The notes below the pieces were generated by a model. That model was not told the origin of the DNA and made no database searches. It worked only from the letters and a program-made list of their open reading frames with translations. This document shows, one piece after another, positions 29,421 through 37,965 of a DNA stretch of 61,918 nucleotides. The position numbers and the translations under genes are program-made. Source of the stretch: Acidimicrobiaceae bacterium (GTDB lineage Bacteria > Actinomycetota > Acidimicrobiia > Acidimicrobiales > Aldehydirespiratoraceae); contig JAPOQG010000146.1 of assembly GCA_026710865.1 (NCBI GenBank), positions 1-61,918 of the forward strand, in the 5' to 3' direction. Each line of letters opens with the position of its first letter. The stretch's first letter is position 1.

Positions 29421-29684
29421 TCCTCGGCGACGACTATAGACAGCTGGCAGTGTAGTCCCGGCAGGGCGGACCCTCCCCGGACTCGGGTAGGTCTACCACC
29501 GCGGCACCACCGATCCGAACACCGGCGCCGCGCCGGATCCCGGCCGATGCGAACACCGGCAGAGAGGGGGCGACTCCACAACTTCCCCGAATCGTCGCCC
29601 CATCTCCGCCGGATAACACTCGAAATAGCTCATAGGCATCTTCATATCAAATCGGGGGCTGCCCATTCCGTCATCCCGACCCGC

Positions 29685-30194
29685 TCAGCCCCGGAACTTG
29701 GAGGCGTAGCCGATCCGCATCGCGGGACGGAAGATCAACTCGGTGGCGGCGTACATCGACCCGAGGATCCCGTCCAGCGTGCCCGCGGTCACCTGCATCA
29801 CAGGCGTCGAACCCGACAGGAACACGGCGTCCTCGGGGCCGATCTCGAGTTTCAGCCCGGTCAGCCGCCGGTTCCGTCGCAGCAGGTGCTCGTAGAACTG
29901 GGCGTGGTTCTCCTCGGGGGCGGGCACCAGATAAGTCTCGTAGTGAAGGGTGCGCTGGCCGAGGGTGAACCAGATCGTCCACACCTCCTTCTCGTCGCCG
30001 CTGACCCGCACATACCAGCGCCGGGAGCCCTCCGGGCCGCGCTCCACCGCGGCGATGGCCTCCTTCGAGCCGGCCGCAGCCTCCAGCCACGAGTCGATGA
30101 GACGCTGCGTGGCGTCGAGCCCGGCGTCGGTGACCGGCGCGGCTCCGGTCAGCGGGTCGCCGCCGTCCGCCCCGGAGGGTTCCTGCCTGCTCAT
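29685..30194 (-). CDS. YbjN-domain-like protein (conserved partner of mshA in actinobacteria)
   Basis: About 169 aa. WYVRVSGDEKEVWTIWFTLGQRTLHYETYL resembles the YbjN/T3SS-chaperone-like family found next to mshA. Start is either ATG 30194 or TTG 30203. Confidence 0.6.
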   Translation of the reverse strand: MSRQEPSGADGGDPLTGAAPVTDAGLDATQRLIDSWLEAAAGSKEAIAAVERGPEGSRRWYVRVSGDEKEVWTIWFTLGQRTLHYETYLVPAPEENHAQFYEHLLRRNRRLTGLKLEIGPEDAVFLSGSTPVMQVTAGTLDGILGSMYAATELIFRPAMRIGYASKFRG

Positions 30195-30199
30195 CGTCC

Positions 30200-31414
30200 T
30201 CAAGCGGTGCAGTCCAGCGGGACCCGCGCCGACAGGTCCTCGAAGATCCTGCGCAGGCGTCCTGCGGTGGCCGTCCAGGAGTACCGGCCGGCCATCTCGG
30301 CGCCGTGGCGGGCCATGGACGAGGCCAGCGCCGGATCATCGAGGATCGACCTCACCGCCGCGATGTACAGCGCCGGGTCGCGTTCGGCGATCCGGAAACC
30401 GTTGCGGCCGTCGTCGACCAGCGTGCGCAGCCCGCCCACATCGGCCGCGACCACCGGGACGCCGCAGGCCGAGGCCTCCAGCGCCACCAGGCCGAACGAC
30501 TCCGACCGGCTGGGCACCAGGCAGACATCGGCAGCCCGGTAGTAGGTGGACAGCAGGTGGTGGGGTTGCGGGGCGACCATGCTGACGCGCCCCTGCAGGC
30601 CGTGGCGGCGCACCGCGTCATGGAGCCGTCGCAGTTCGCGCTCGCCGTCGGGGCCGGACGCGCCGCCCACCACCAGCAGCCGGGCGCCGCGGTAGCCGTC
30701 GCCCAGCCCTGCGAGGGTCTCGACGGCCACGCCCAGACCCTTCAGCGGCTGGATGCGACCCACGAACAGCAGCACCGGCTCGTCTCCCAGCCCCAGGGCG
30801 GCTCGGGCCCCGCGGCGGGACCCGGCCGAGAAGAAGGCCGGGTCCACGCCCGGCGCCACCACGTCTATGCGCCGGGGGTCGGCGCCGTAGAGCTTGGCCA
30901 GCTGCTGCACCTCGGCCACGGAGTTGGCGGTGATCACGTCGGAGCACGCGATCACCTCGGCCTCCGCCTCGATCCGGCGCTGAGGCTCGGGGTCGCCCGT
31001 GGTGGCCTTCACCCGGGCCAGGGTGTGGAACGTGGACACCAGCGGCAGGTCGAGCTCGTGCTTGAGCCGGTGCCCGGCCACGCCGGACAGCCAGTAGTTG
31101 GCGTGCAGCACGTCCACCGGATTCTCCTGCAACTGCGCGGCTACGCCTTGCGCGAACTCGCCGACCGACCCGGCCAGCGACTCCTTGGGCAACTCGGGCG
31201 GTCCCGCGTCGATGTGGACGACCCGGAATCCGGGCTCCACGTCCACGACCGCGGGCGCGTCGCTGTGGCGCCTCACGTACACGGTGGCGTCGATCCCGGC
31301 CTGAGCCATCGACGACGCCAGCTCGCGCACGTACACGTTCATCCCGCCGGCGTCGCCCCGGCCCGGCAGCACCAGCGGCGAGGTGTGTAGCGACAGGACA
31401 GCGACGCGGCTCAC
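30200..31414 (-). CDS. mshA: D-inositol-3-phosphate glycosyltransferase (mycothiol biosynthesis)
   Basis: 404-aa GT4 enzyme. N-terminus VAVLSLHTSPLVLPGRGDAGGMNVYVRELA is the characteristic MshA signature; C-terminal SESFGLVALEA GT-B motif. Confidence 0.9.
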   Translation of the reverse strand: MSRVAVLSLHTSPLVLPGRGDAGGMNVYVRELASSMAQAGIDATVYVRRHSDAPAVVDVEPGFRVVHIDAGPPELPKESLAGSVGEFAQGVAAQLQENPVDVLHANYWLSGVAGHRLKHELDLPLVSTFHTLARVKATTGDPEPQRRIEAEAEVIACSDVITANSVAEVQQLAKLYGADPRRIDVVAPGVDPAFFSAGSRRGARAALGLGDEPVLLFVGRIQPLKGLGVAVETLAGLGDGYRGARLLVVGGASGPDGERELRRLHDAVRRHGLQGRVSMVAPQPHHLLSTYYRAADVCLVPSRSESFGLVALEASACGVPVVAADVGGLRTLVDDGRNGFRIAERDPALYIAAVRSILDDPALASSMARHGAEMAGRYSWTATAGRLRRIFEDLSARVPLDCTA

Positions 31415-31468
31415 GGACGGTCGAGGATAACTGTCGTACGGGACGGAGCCGCTAGCGCCCCGCCGGTT

Positions 31469-31507
31469 TCCCGCTCTTGTTCGCTGCGCTCACGGGCCGC
31501 TCGGGCC
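31469..31507 (-). repeat. Dispersed intergenic repeat, solitary copy (inverted orientation)
   Basis: The reverse complement is GGCCCGAGCGGCCCGTGAGCGCAGCGAACAAGAGCGGGA, identical to the array unit. It lies between the moaD-like stop and the mshA start. Confidence 0.85.
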
Positions 31508-31513
31508 ACGGCC

Positions 31514-31765
31514 TCACAAGCTCGGCCTCTGGCCGCCCGAGACGGGAGGCAGCACCGCGATCTCGTCGTCGTCGCCCACCGGCATGTTGGGCGCGGTCGG
31601 CTCGCCGTTGCACCAGACCTGACAGGTTTCGAGCAGTCCGGCGAAGTCATGGCCGTAACGGCCGCATGCCTCCTCCAGCACCTCGCGCACGGTGGCGCCG
31701 GGAACGGTGTCACGGCCCTTCCCGGCAGCCTCGCGCGCCGATGCGAACAGCCGTAGACGAGCCAC
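31514..31765 (-). CDS. MoaD/ThiS-family ubiquitin-like sulfur carrier with C-terminal extension after Gly-Gly
   Basis: 83 aa. Typical MoaD layout (LRLFASAREAAG ... DDDEIAVLPPVSGG) followed by five extra residues, QRPSL. Confidence 0.7.
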   Translation of the reverse strand: MARLRLFASAREAAGKGRDTVPGATVREVLEEACGRYGHDFAGLLETCQVWCNGEPTAPNMPVGDDDEIAVLPPVSGGQRPSL

Positions 31766-31872
31766 GGAGACATGGTAGCGGTGGCGCCGAGTCCGGCGCG
31801 GCCGAGACGCCGCGCCGGGCAGGCGGGCATCCGCGGCCGGGGCCCGCGGCCCGGTTACGGTCGCCCGCGATC

Positions 31873-32475
31873 ATGGTCAATCTCCTTGTCGTTCGTCACG
31901 CCGAGTCCGTGTGGAATCTCGAGGGCCGCTGGCAGGGTCAGGCCGACCCCCCGCTCTCGGAACCGGGCGCGGCCCAGGCCCGTCTCGCGGCCAGGAGCAT
32001 CGGCGATGTCGGCTGCATCGTGTCCAGCGACCTGCGCCGGGCCGCCTCCACAGCCGAGATCATCGCCGAGACCCTGGGCATCGGGCCCGTGACCATCGAT
32101 GCGGGGTGGCGCGAGCGCGACGTCGGCCGGTGGCAGGGGCTGACCACCGCCCAGATCGAGAGCCAGTATCCCGGCGCCCTGGGCGCCGGCGACTACCCGC
32201 CGGGCTGGGAGAGCAACGAGTCGCTGCTCGACCGGGTGTCCGCGGCAATCCGGCGGACCGCGGCCCGGGTGGCGTCGGGCAATGTGCTGGTTGTGTCACA
32301 CGCTGGCATCATCTATACACTTGAACAGCATTTCGGATGCGACTTCGAGCGCATCGGGAACCTCGGGGGCCGCCGCCTGCTCGTTCAGTCGGGCGAGGTG
32401 AGCCTGCGGGAGCGAATCGCGCTCAGCGTCGACAGCGAGCGCCTCAGGCCCGCGGCGACCAAGGAGCGACGATGA
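31873..32475 (+). CDS. Histidine phosphatase family protein (phosphoglycerate mutase-like)
   Basis: Internal ATG at 31873. LLVVRHAESVWN (RHG-type catalytic motif) and distal VVSHAGII histidine. Confidence 0.85.
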   Translation: MVNLLVVRHAESVWNLEGRWQGQADPPLSEPGAAQARLAARSIGDVGCIVSSDLRRAASTAEIIAETLGIGPVTIDAGWRERDVGRWQGLTTAQIESQYPGALGAGDYPPGWESNESLLDRVSAAIRRTAARVASGNVLVVSHAGIIYTLEQHFGCDFERIGNLGGRRLLVQSGEVSLRERIALSVDSERLRPAATKERR

Positions 32476-33035
32476 GCACAGGCGGCACCCCGGCTGCAGG
32501 ATTCGACGGTGGGGAACACCGGAACCTTCCCCCCGTCCGGGTGATCCGCAGCCCCAGACGAAAGGAGTCGGTGTCGGCGCGGCTGTCCGACGGCGTTCTG
32601 ATCGTGCGTATCCCGGACTTCTTCACAGAGGACGAGGAGCGGGTCATGGTCGGCAAGGTCCTGGACCGGTTCGAGGAGAAGTGGCGCTGCAGCCATGTGC
32701 CGCTGGAGCCCAGGGCCCGGGAGCTCGCGGCTCGATTCGGCCTCCCCGAGCCCCGCTCGATCCGGTGGTCCTCCCGCCAGCGGCTGCGCTGGGGGTCCTG
32801 CTCGGCCAACAGTGGAGACATCCGGATCTCGAGCCGGCTGGCCGACGCCCCGCCCTGGGTGCTCGACCATGTCATCATCCACGAGCTGGCCCACCTGGTG
32901 GTGGCCGACCACTCGCCGGAGTTCCATGCCCTCGTGAACCGCAACCCCAACGCGGAGCGGGCTGAGGGCTACCTGCTGGCCCTCAGCGACCTCGGCTCGA
33001 GGCCGCAGTCCTCAGAACAGGCCCTCGCCAGCTGA
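32472..33035 (+). CDS. M48/DUF45 (YgjP-like) zinc metallopeptidase family protein
   Basis: ATG 32472 overlaps the upstream stop (ATGA). RWGSCS ... VIIHELAHL HExxH motif typical of the DUF45/WLM-like family. Confidence 0.75.
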   Translation: MSTGGTPAAGFDGGEHRNLPPVRVIRSPRRKESVSARLSDGVLIVRIPDFFTEDEERVMVGKVLDRFEEKWRCSHVPLEPRARELAARFGLPEPRSIRWSSRQRLRWGSCSANSGDIRISSRLADAPPWVLDHVIIHELAHLVVADHSPEFHALVNRNPNAERAEGYLLALSDLGSRPQSSEQALAS

Positions 33036-33052
33036 CGGCGCGCCCGGCGGCG

Positions 33053-33298
33053 CTAACAGGCCGGGCCGGCCGGGCCGGCCGGTGCCTGCTCGCCGCCGCC
33101 CCGCTGATCGTCGTCGGGCGCCCCCGTGCCCGGCGAATCGAGTTCAGCGGCCAGCGCCTCGGCGGCATCGAGGTCGCCGGAGTCGAGCGCGGCCAGGGCC
33201 TCGTCGACGTTGTCCAGGTCCTGCTCGATGGCTTCGAGCGACGCCTCTTCGCGCGTGGCGGCGTCCTCGGAGGGAAGCGGCTCGCCGACGCCGGTCAC
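33053..33298 (-). CDS. Small acidic hypothetical protein (about 81 aa)
   Basis: GTG at 33298. High GC3. LEAIEQDLDNVDEALAALDSGD resembles the N-terminal helix of actinobacterial DksA/TraR-like small proteins, but no zinc finger follows. Weak call. Confidence 0.35.
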   Translation of the reverse strand: MTGVGEPLPSEDAATREEASLEAIEQDLDNVDEALAALDSGDLDAAEALAAELDSPGTGAPDDDQRGGGEQAPAGPAGPAC

Positions 33299-33382
33299 GG
33301 GCCAAGAGTAACGGAGCAGCGCGCACGCTCCGAGAGGCCGAGCAAATTGGCAGGCGAATCCGGCCCATGCGGGCGAGGCCGT

Positions 33383-33427
33383 GGCCCGAGCGGCCCTCAG
33401 GTCGCAGCGAACAAGAGCGGGAACCAC
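33383..33427 (+). repeat. Dispersed intergenic repeat, solitary diverged copy
   Basis: GGCCCGAGCGGCCCTCAGGTCGCAGCGAACAAGAGCGGGAACCAC, in the divergent intergenic region upstream of the DUF2237 gene. Confidence 0.75.
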
Positions 33428-33497
33428 CACGCCGCGACGCGACGGACTCTCACCTATCCTCGCACGCTCTGCGGCGCGATCTGCGAGACTTGGCGCC

Positions 33498-33869
33498 ATG
33501 GCCCGAAATGTGCTCGGTGGCGAGCTCCAACCCTGTTCCTTCGATCCGCTCACCGGCTGGTTCAGAGACGGCTGCTGCAACACCGACTCGGGCGACTACG
33601 GGGTCCACACCGTCTGCGTGGTGATGACCGCCGAGTTCCTCGCGTTCTCCAAGGCGGCCGGCAACGATCTCTCGACGCCGCAGCCCGCCATCGGCTTCGA
33701 CGGCCTGGCGCCCGGCGACCATTGGTGCCTCTGTGCGTCGCGCTGGACCGAGGCTCTGGAGGCCGGCTCAGCCCCTGAAGTCGTGTTGGAGGCGACCCAC
33801 GCCCGCACCCTGGAATGGGCCGACCTCAGCGACCTCAAGGCCCACCGCTTCACCGGCGACCCCGCCTGA
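33498..33869 (+). CDS. DUF2237-family protein
   Basis: 123 aa from the internal ATG. NVLGGELQPCSFDPLTGWFRDGCCNT ... GDHWCLCASRW matches my recollection of the DUF2237 family. Confidence 0.75.
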   Translation: MARNVLGGELQPCSFDPLTGWFRDGCCNTDSGDYGVHTVCVVMTAEFLAFSKAAGNDLSTPQPAIGFDGLAPGDHWCLCASRWTEALEAGSAPEVVLEATHARTLEWADLSDLKAHRFTGDPA

Positions 33870-33881
33870 GGCGAAGCCCCG

Positions 33882-34057
33882 GGCCCGAGCGGCCCGTGAG
33901 CGCAGCGAACAAGAGCGGGAGACACGGCCCGAGCGGCCCGTGAGCGCAGCGAACAAGAGCGGCATGCACGGCCCGAGCGGCCCGTGAACGCAGCGAACAA
34001 GAGCGGCATGCACGGCCCGAGCGGCCCGTGAGCGCAGCGAACAAGAGCGGGAGACAC
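33882..34057 (+). repeat. Tandem array, 4 x 44 bp (37-nt core plus 7-nt linker) of the dispersed repeat
   Basis: GGCCCGAGCGGCCCGTGAGCGCAGCGAACAAGAGCGG followed by GAGACAC / CATGCAC / CATGCAC / GAGACAC. The third core has one G>A change. The array ends 42 nt before tRNA-Lys. Confidence 0.9.
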
Positions 34058-34099
34058 TGACCGCGCCGGCCGGGCCGTTGCCGCTGCCACAATGGAAGC

Positions 34100-34172
34100 G
34101 GGCCGCTAGCTCATCGGGTAGAGCAGGAGACTTTTAATCTCAAGGTGCCGGGTTCGAGCCCCGGGCGGCCCA
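34100..34172 (+). tRNA. tRNA-Lys (anticodon UUU)
   Basis: Hand-folded cloverleaf. Acceptor GGGCCGC/GCGGCCC, D arm GCTC-ATCGGGTA-GAGC, anticodon loop CTTTTAA, T arm CCGGG-TTCGAGC-CCCGG, discriminator A. 73 nt; CCA is not encoded. Confidence 0.9.
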
Positions 34173-34264
34173 CCGAGCGGTCTTGAACACGGCCCGCGGC
34201 CGCGGCGCTCGAGGCGAATCGGCGTGGGCGGGCGACCCGGCCGGGCTTCACTATCGGACAGGGG

Positions 34265-35167
34265 TTGTTGGTAGCCTCCATGACCGTGGAGTGGAACCCG
34301 GAGCCCCAGGACCTGCCTCGGGACCAAGGGCCGTTCTGGCCCGGAGCCGCCGAGCGGCGCAGCCCCAGATGGGCAGCGATCCTGATCGCCGCGGCTGTCG
34401 TCATCCTGATCACCGGTGGAATCATCTGGTGGCTCGGCCGCAGCTCCGACGACACTACGGCGGGCGGGCCCACCGACAGCACCGAGGAACCGGCAGCAGC
34501 GACCGAATCCAGCGAGCCGGCCGCCACCGGCGACGGCGACAGCGACGGCGGCAGCGAGGACGGCCCGGAGGCCAGCGCCACGACCACCGACGAGACCACC
34601 ACGACCACCGCCGCGACCACCACGACTGCCGGGCCTACCACCACGGTCGCGGCCACGACCACCACGATCACCACGGTCCCGCCCGACAACCCGGACCAGT
34701 ACGGCCCGCCGACGCTGGGCAACGGGTCGACCGTGTCGACCGTCGGCCTCGACACGGTGACCTTCGGCATGACGGTGACGCAGGCCCAGCAAGCGGCCGG
34801 GACCGTGCTCGTGCCGGCCGGGCCGACGGGACGCTGCTACCACGTGGTTCCCCATGACGCCCCCGAGGGCATCGTCTTCCTCGTGTACGAGGGCACGATC
34901 GAGCGGGTCGACATCAACAGCGGACCCGTCACCACCCGCTCCGGCGTGGGCGTGGGATCGCCCGAGACCATGGTCACCGACCTCTTCGGCGACTCGATCG
35001 AGAGGCAGGTGCGAGTCGACGGCACCGTCGACCTGGTCCTCGTTCCCAGTGACCCGGGCGACCGGAACTACCGGGTCGTCTTCAACGTCTCCGAGGGAGA
35101 AGTGCGGGCCTACAAGTCGGGACGCTTCCCCCAGGTGATGCTCGACACCGGCTGCGAGAGCCAGTAG
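34265..35167 (+). CDS. Hypothetical membrane-anchored protein with Thr/acidic-rich linker
   Basis: 300-aa ORF with one helix (AAILIAAAVVILITGGIIWWL), a poly-Thr linker, then a globular C-terminal domain. No family recognised. Confidence 0.6.
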   Translation: MLVASMTVEWNPEPQDLPRDQGPFWPGAAERRSPRWAAILIAAAVVILITGGIIWWLGRSSDDTTAGGPTDSTEEPAAATESSEPAATGDGDSDGGSEDGPEASATTTDETTTTTAATTTTAGPTTTVAATTTTITTVPPDNPDQYGPPTLGNGSTVSTVGLDTVTFGMTVTQAQQAAGTVLVPAGPTGRCYHVVPHDAPEGIVFLVYEGTIERVDINSGPVTTRSGVGVGSPETMVTDLFGDSIERQVRVDGTVDLVLVPSDPGDRNYRVVFNVSEGEVRAYKSGRFPQVMLDTGCESQ

Positions 35168-35172
35168 CGGTT

Positions 35173-35195
35173 GGCGCGCCCGTTCGCAGCGCGCC
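35173..35195. terminator. GC-rich hairpin between convergent genes (possible bidirectional terminator)
   Basis: GGCGCGC - 9 nt loop - GCGCGCC, located in the 30-nt gap between stops at 35167 (+) and 35198 (-). No U-tract. Confidence 0.45.
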
Positions 35196-35197
35196 CC

Positions 35198-35803
35198 TCA
35201 CGAATCGCTGCCTACCAACTCGGTCTCCTGATCAGGCAGCTCGTTGGAGTACTCGTAGCAGTGGATCTCGACTTCGCCGAATCCGGCCTCGGTGGCCGTG
35301 CCCGTCTCGAGGTCCAGGTCCCGCACGAAGCGGATGGCGGAGGCGCGGATCACGTCGTCCTGGACGTACAGGTCCAGCGGGCTCTCCAGCGACGGCTCGA
35401 AGAACGTCCCGTCCGCGAGGCGCAGGCCGATGTAGGGGTCGCCGAGGAACGCCTGCAGGTACAACTCGACGGCACCGCCCGAGCCGGGGTCCTCCCCCGA
35501 TCCGATGACGATCACTTCGCCGGCTCCCAACTCTTGGCAAGTGACCGTGAACTGGTACCGGGTATCGCCGATCTCGACCGTCCCCTCCGACGCCGGTGGC
35601 CCCTCGGACGTGGTCGGCGGCTGGGACGTGGAACTCTCCGGCGGCACCGTGGACGTTGAGGCCGCCGCAGCCTCCTCGCCCACCAGCGGTCCGTCGTCGG
35701 TGCCCGCGCAGGCTGATGCGGCCGCGACAGCCGCGAAGACCCATCCCACCGCGCCGAGGCGTCGACGCGTCCGGGCAGGCGCGCCCCGACAGCAGATCGC
35801 CAT
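35198..35803 (-). CDS. Hypothetical lipoprotein
   Basis: Internal ATG 35803. Lipobox-like VFAAVAAASACAG. 201 aa, no family recognised. Confidence 0.55.
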   Translation of the reverse strand: MAICCRGAPARTRRRLGAVGWVFAAVAAASACAGTDDGPLVGEEAAAASTSTVPPESSTSQPPTTSEGPPASEGTVEIGDTRYQFTVTCQELGAGEVIVIGSGEDPGSGGAVELYLQAFLGDPYIGLRLADGTFFEPSLESPLDLYVQDDVIRASAIRFVRDLDLETGTATEAGFGEVEIHCYEYSNELPDQETELVGSDS

Positions 35804-35907
35804 TGCACCAAGGTAGGCGGGCCGGGTCCCAGCATGCGGGATCGGGGACTCTGCCGCGCCGCCCCGAATTTCACCACCGTGGTCCGGGCGTCGCCGGCAG
35901 CGCTCCG

Positions 35908-36102
35908 ATGTATGGTTGGGCGGTGCCCTCCCAGAGCGAGGTTCGCAAGCGCCGGCTGCGCGCCGAGGCGCGGCCCGCGGCCGGCGGTCCGAGGCGCGGC
36001 TCTCGCCGGAACCGCCGACGCCGGCTCGTCGCGGTGGTCGCTGTGGTGGTGGCGGTGATGATGGTGGCCTCACTGCTGGTGGGGCTCGTGTCTGTCATCT
36101 AG
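35908..36102 (+). CDS. Small hypothetical single-pass membrane protein (64 aa)
   Basis: High-GC3 ORF with an Arg-rich N-terminus and a C-terminal helix (LVAVVAVVVAVMMVASLLVGLVSVI). It ends 3 nt before the cyclophilin gene. Weak call. Confidence 0.4.
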   Translation: MYGWAVPSQSEVRKRRLRAEARPAAGGPRRGSRRNRRRRLVAVVAVVVAVMMVASLLVGLVSVI

Positions 36103-36105
36103 CCG

Positions 36106-37113
36106 ATGAGCACGCCGAAGCGGGAGCGCCAGCGCCTGAACCGCATGCAGCGCATCGCCGCCGACGAGGCCGCGGCCAAGAAGTACCGCACCAACCGGCG
36201 CATCAAGCGGATCGGCATCGGGGCGGTGGTGGTGGGGGCTGCCATCGCGGTGGTCGGCTACCTGCAGCGCGGCGACTCCGAGCCCGCGACCGCCCCTGAG
36301 CCGGCAGCCGAGGACGTCGCCACCGACGACCCGGCAACAGATGCCACCAACGACCCGGCACCCGACCCCGCGGACCCGGCACCCGATGCCGCCGACGGCC
36401 CGGTGCCCGACATCGCGGACCCGGCACCCGACGCCACCGACGACCCGGTGCCCGACCCCGCGAGCGTCGAGCCGGACTCAGGACCGGCCACAGGATGCCC
36501 GGCGGCCGACGGGTCGAGTCCGCGGACCATCGACTTCGACGGCCCCCAGCCCATGTGCATCGATCCGGAGGCCGGCTACGTCGCCGTCTTCGACACCAGC
36601 GAGGGCGAGATGCGCTTCGAGTTGACGGCCTCGGACACCCCGCTGACGGTGAACAACTTCGTGACGCTGGCCCGCTGGGGCTACTACGACGGCACCCTGC
36701 TGTTCCGCACCGACCCGTCCATCGACATCATCCAGGGCGGCTCGCCCCACACCGACAGCGCCTCGGACCCCGGTCCGGGATACACCATCCCGGACGAGCC
36801 TGCGTTCGAGGAGGACCCGGAGACCGGCCGGCTCACCGGGCCCTACCGCTACCAGCCGGGGCAACTCGTCATGGCCCGGTCGGCCGGGCGCGACTCCGCG
36901 AGCGCCCAGTTCTTCCTGACCACCGGACCCGACACCGCCCTGCTCGATACCCAGGGCACCTATGTGGTGTTCGGCCGAACCGACGACGCCGGGCTGGAGG
37001 TCGCCCAGTCGATCATCGCCCTGCACGAGCCGGGGGGATCGCTGGGAGGTGGCCCCTCACGCGACGTGACCGTGCACTCGGTGACTATAGAGGAGACGCC
37101 AGCAGGCGGCTAA
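36106..37113 (+). CDS. Membrane-anchored cyclophilin-type peptidyl-prolyl cis-trans isomerase
   Basis: C-terminal domain with TVNNFVTLARWGYYDG, GQLVMARSAG..SASAQFFLT and VVFGRT blocks. N-terminal basic segment plus helix, and a Pro/Asp repeat linker. Confidence 0.85.
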   Translation: MSTPKRERQRLNRMQRIAADEAAAKKYRTNRRIKRIGIGAVVVGAAIAVVGYLQRGDSEPATAPEPAAEDVATDDPATDATNDPAPDPADPAPDAADGPVPDIADPAPDATDDPVPDPASVEPDSGPATGCPAADGSSPRTIDFDGPQPMCIDPEAGYVAVFDTSEGEMRFELTASDTPLTVNNFVTLARWGYYDGTLLFRTDPSIDIIQGGSPHTDSASDPGPGYTIPDEPAFEEDPETGRLTGPYRYQPGQLVMARSAGRDSASAQFFLTTGPDTALLDTQGTYVVFGRTDDAGLEVAQSIIALHEPGGSLGGGPSRDVTVHSVTIEETPAGG

Positions 37114-37144
37114 GCGGCCGAGCGGGCCGGTCGCCCCGGCGGCT

Positions 37145-37828
37145 CTAGACCCCCGACGGCGTCGCCAGCGTCACCGGGCTCCCGCCTTGGCGGGCCTCCA
37201 CCGTGCCGCCGAGCACGGTCCAGTCCTCGGGTCGCGACGACGACGCCAACTCCTGGGGCGAGGCGGTCGACTGGACGGCCGCTCCCGACGGCAGCGCCAT
37301 GAAGAGGGCCGAGTCACCGACCATGCCCTGCAGGCGGCGGCGCCGGTCCCGGGGCCAGGTCTCCCAACCGGCGGCCACCACGATCCCGCCGTACAGCCCC
37401 AGACCGACGGTGAGCGCGCCCCCGCGGTCGTCCACCATCGAAGTGCACACCGCGGCCGCGGTCGCCCCGGACCAGACCACGTCGGCGCCGCGGCGGTGGG
37501 CCTCCACGATGGCCTCCAGCAGCGGGGTGGCCTTGGCCGCGCCCACGAAATGAGCGGGGGATCCATCCAGCACGAGCACGCCGTCGCAGCCGGCGATCGG
37601 CTCGGCCACCGCCGGGTCCAGCGAGTCGGACCGGCGCACGGCCCTCACCACGGTGGGCTCCACCGAGAGTTCAGCGGCCCAGGCGCCGATCCGGGCGACG
37701 AGAGCGTCGGGACGCCGGTAGGCGGCGGCCAGCGTCACCACCGCGACCGAGCCGCAGCCGTCCAGTGCTCGACCCGCCGCGGTACCCGCATCCAGCTCTC
37801 GGCCCCCGGCCAGGACCACCCGCGTCAT
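37145..37828 (-). CDS. Peptidase S51 / class I glutamine-amidotransferase-like family protein (tentative)
   Basis: 227 aa. Layout resembles cyanophycinase/peptidase E-like proteins (VLVLDGSPAHF ... VVWSGATAAAV), but a canonical GxSAG nucleophile elbow is not obvious. Confidence 0.4.
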   Translation of the reverse strand: MTRVVLAGGRELDAGTAAGRALDGCGSVAVVTLAAAYRRPDALVARIGAWAAELSVEPTVVRAVRRSDSLDPAVAEPIAGCDGVLVLDGSPAHFVGAAKATPLLEAIVEAHRRGADVVWSGATAAAVCTSMVDDRGGALTVGLGLYGGIVVAAGWETWPRDRRRRLQGMVGDSALFMALPSGAAVQSTASPQELASSSRPEDWTVLGGTVEARQGGSPVTLATPSGV

Positions 37829-37965
37829 GGCCGCGACGACCTACAGGTCCGGCCGATGCGGGCCAGGTCCGGCCGATGCGGGCCGATGCTCAGCATTGCC
37901 GCCCCACCCCGCCGTGCACCCCCGGTCCCGCCCGGCGAACACGAGTCCATCTCCATCATTGCCGC

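Noticed and set aside
29421-29684. 265-nt leader of the bc-complex operon as a riboswitch or attenuator
   Set aside because: I recognised no known riboswitch consensus and no convincing terminator/antiterminator pair. There is only an AT-rich promoter-like patch (TTGATA ... TATTTC on the minus strand) with an imperfect -10.
33882-34057. Tandem 44-bp array considered as a CRISPR array
   Set aside because: The spacers would be only 7 nt and come in just two sequences. There are four units, no cas genes in the window, and the same core occurs as solitary copies elsewhere. This is a tandem or dispersed repeat, not a CRISPR.
33596-34090. 164-aa minus-strand ORF reading through the repeat array
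   Set aside because: Its sequence is just the repeat translated over and over (ALVRCAHGPLGP...). There is no independent coding signal.
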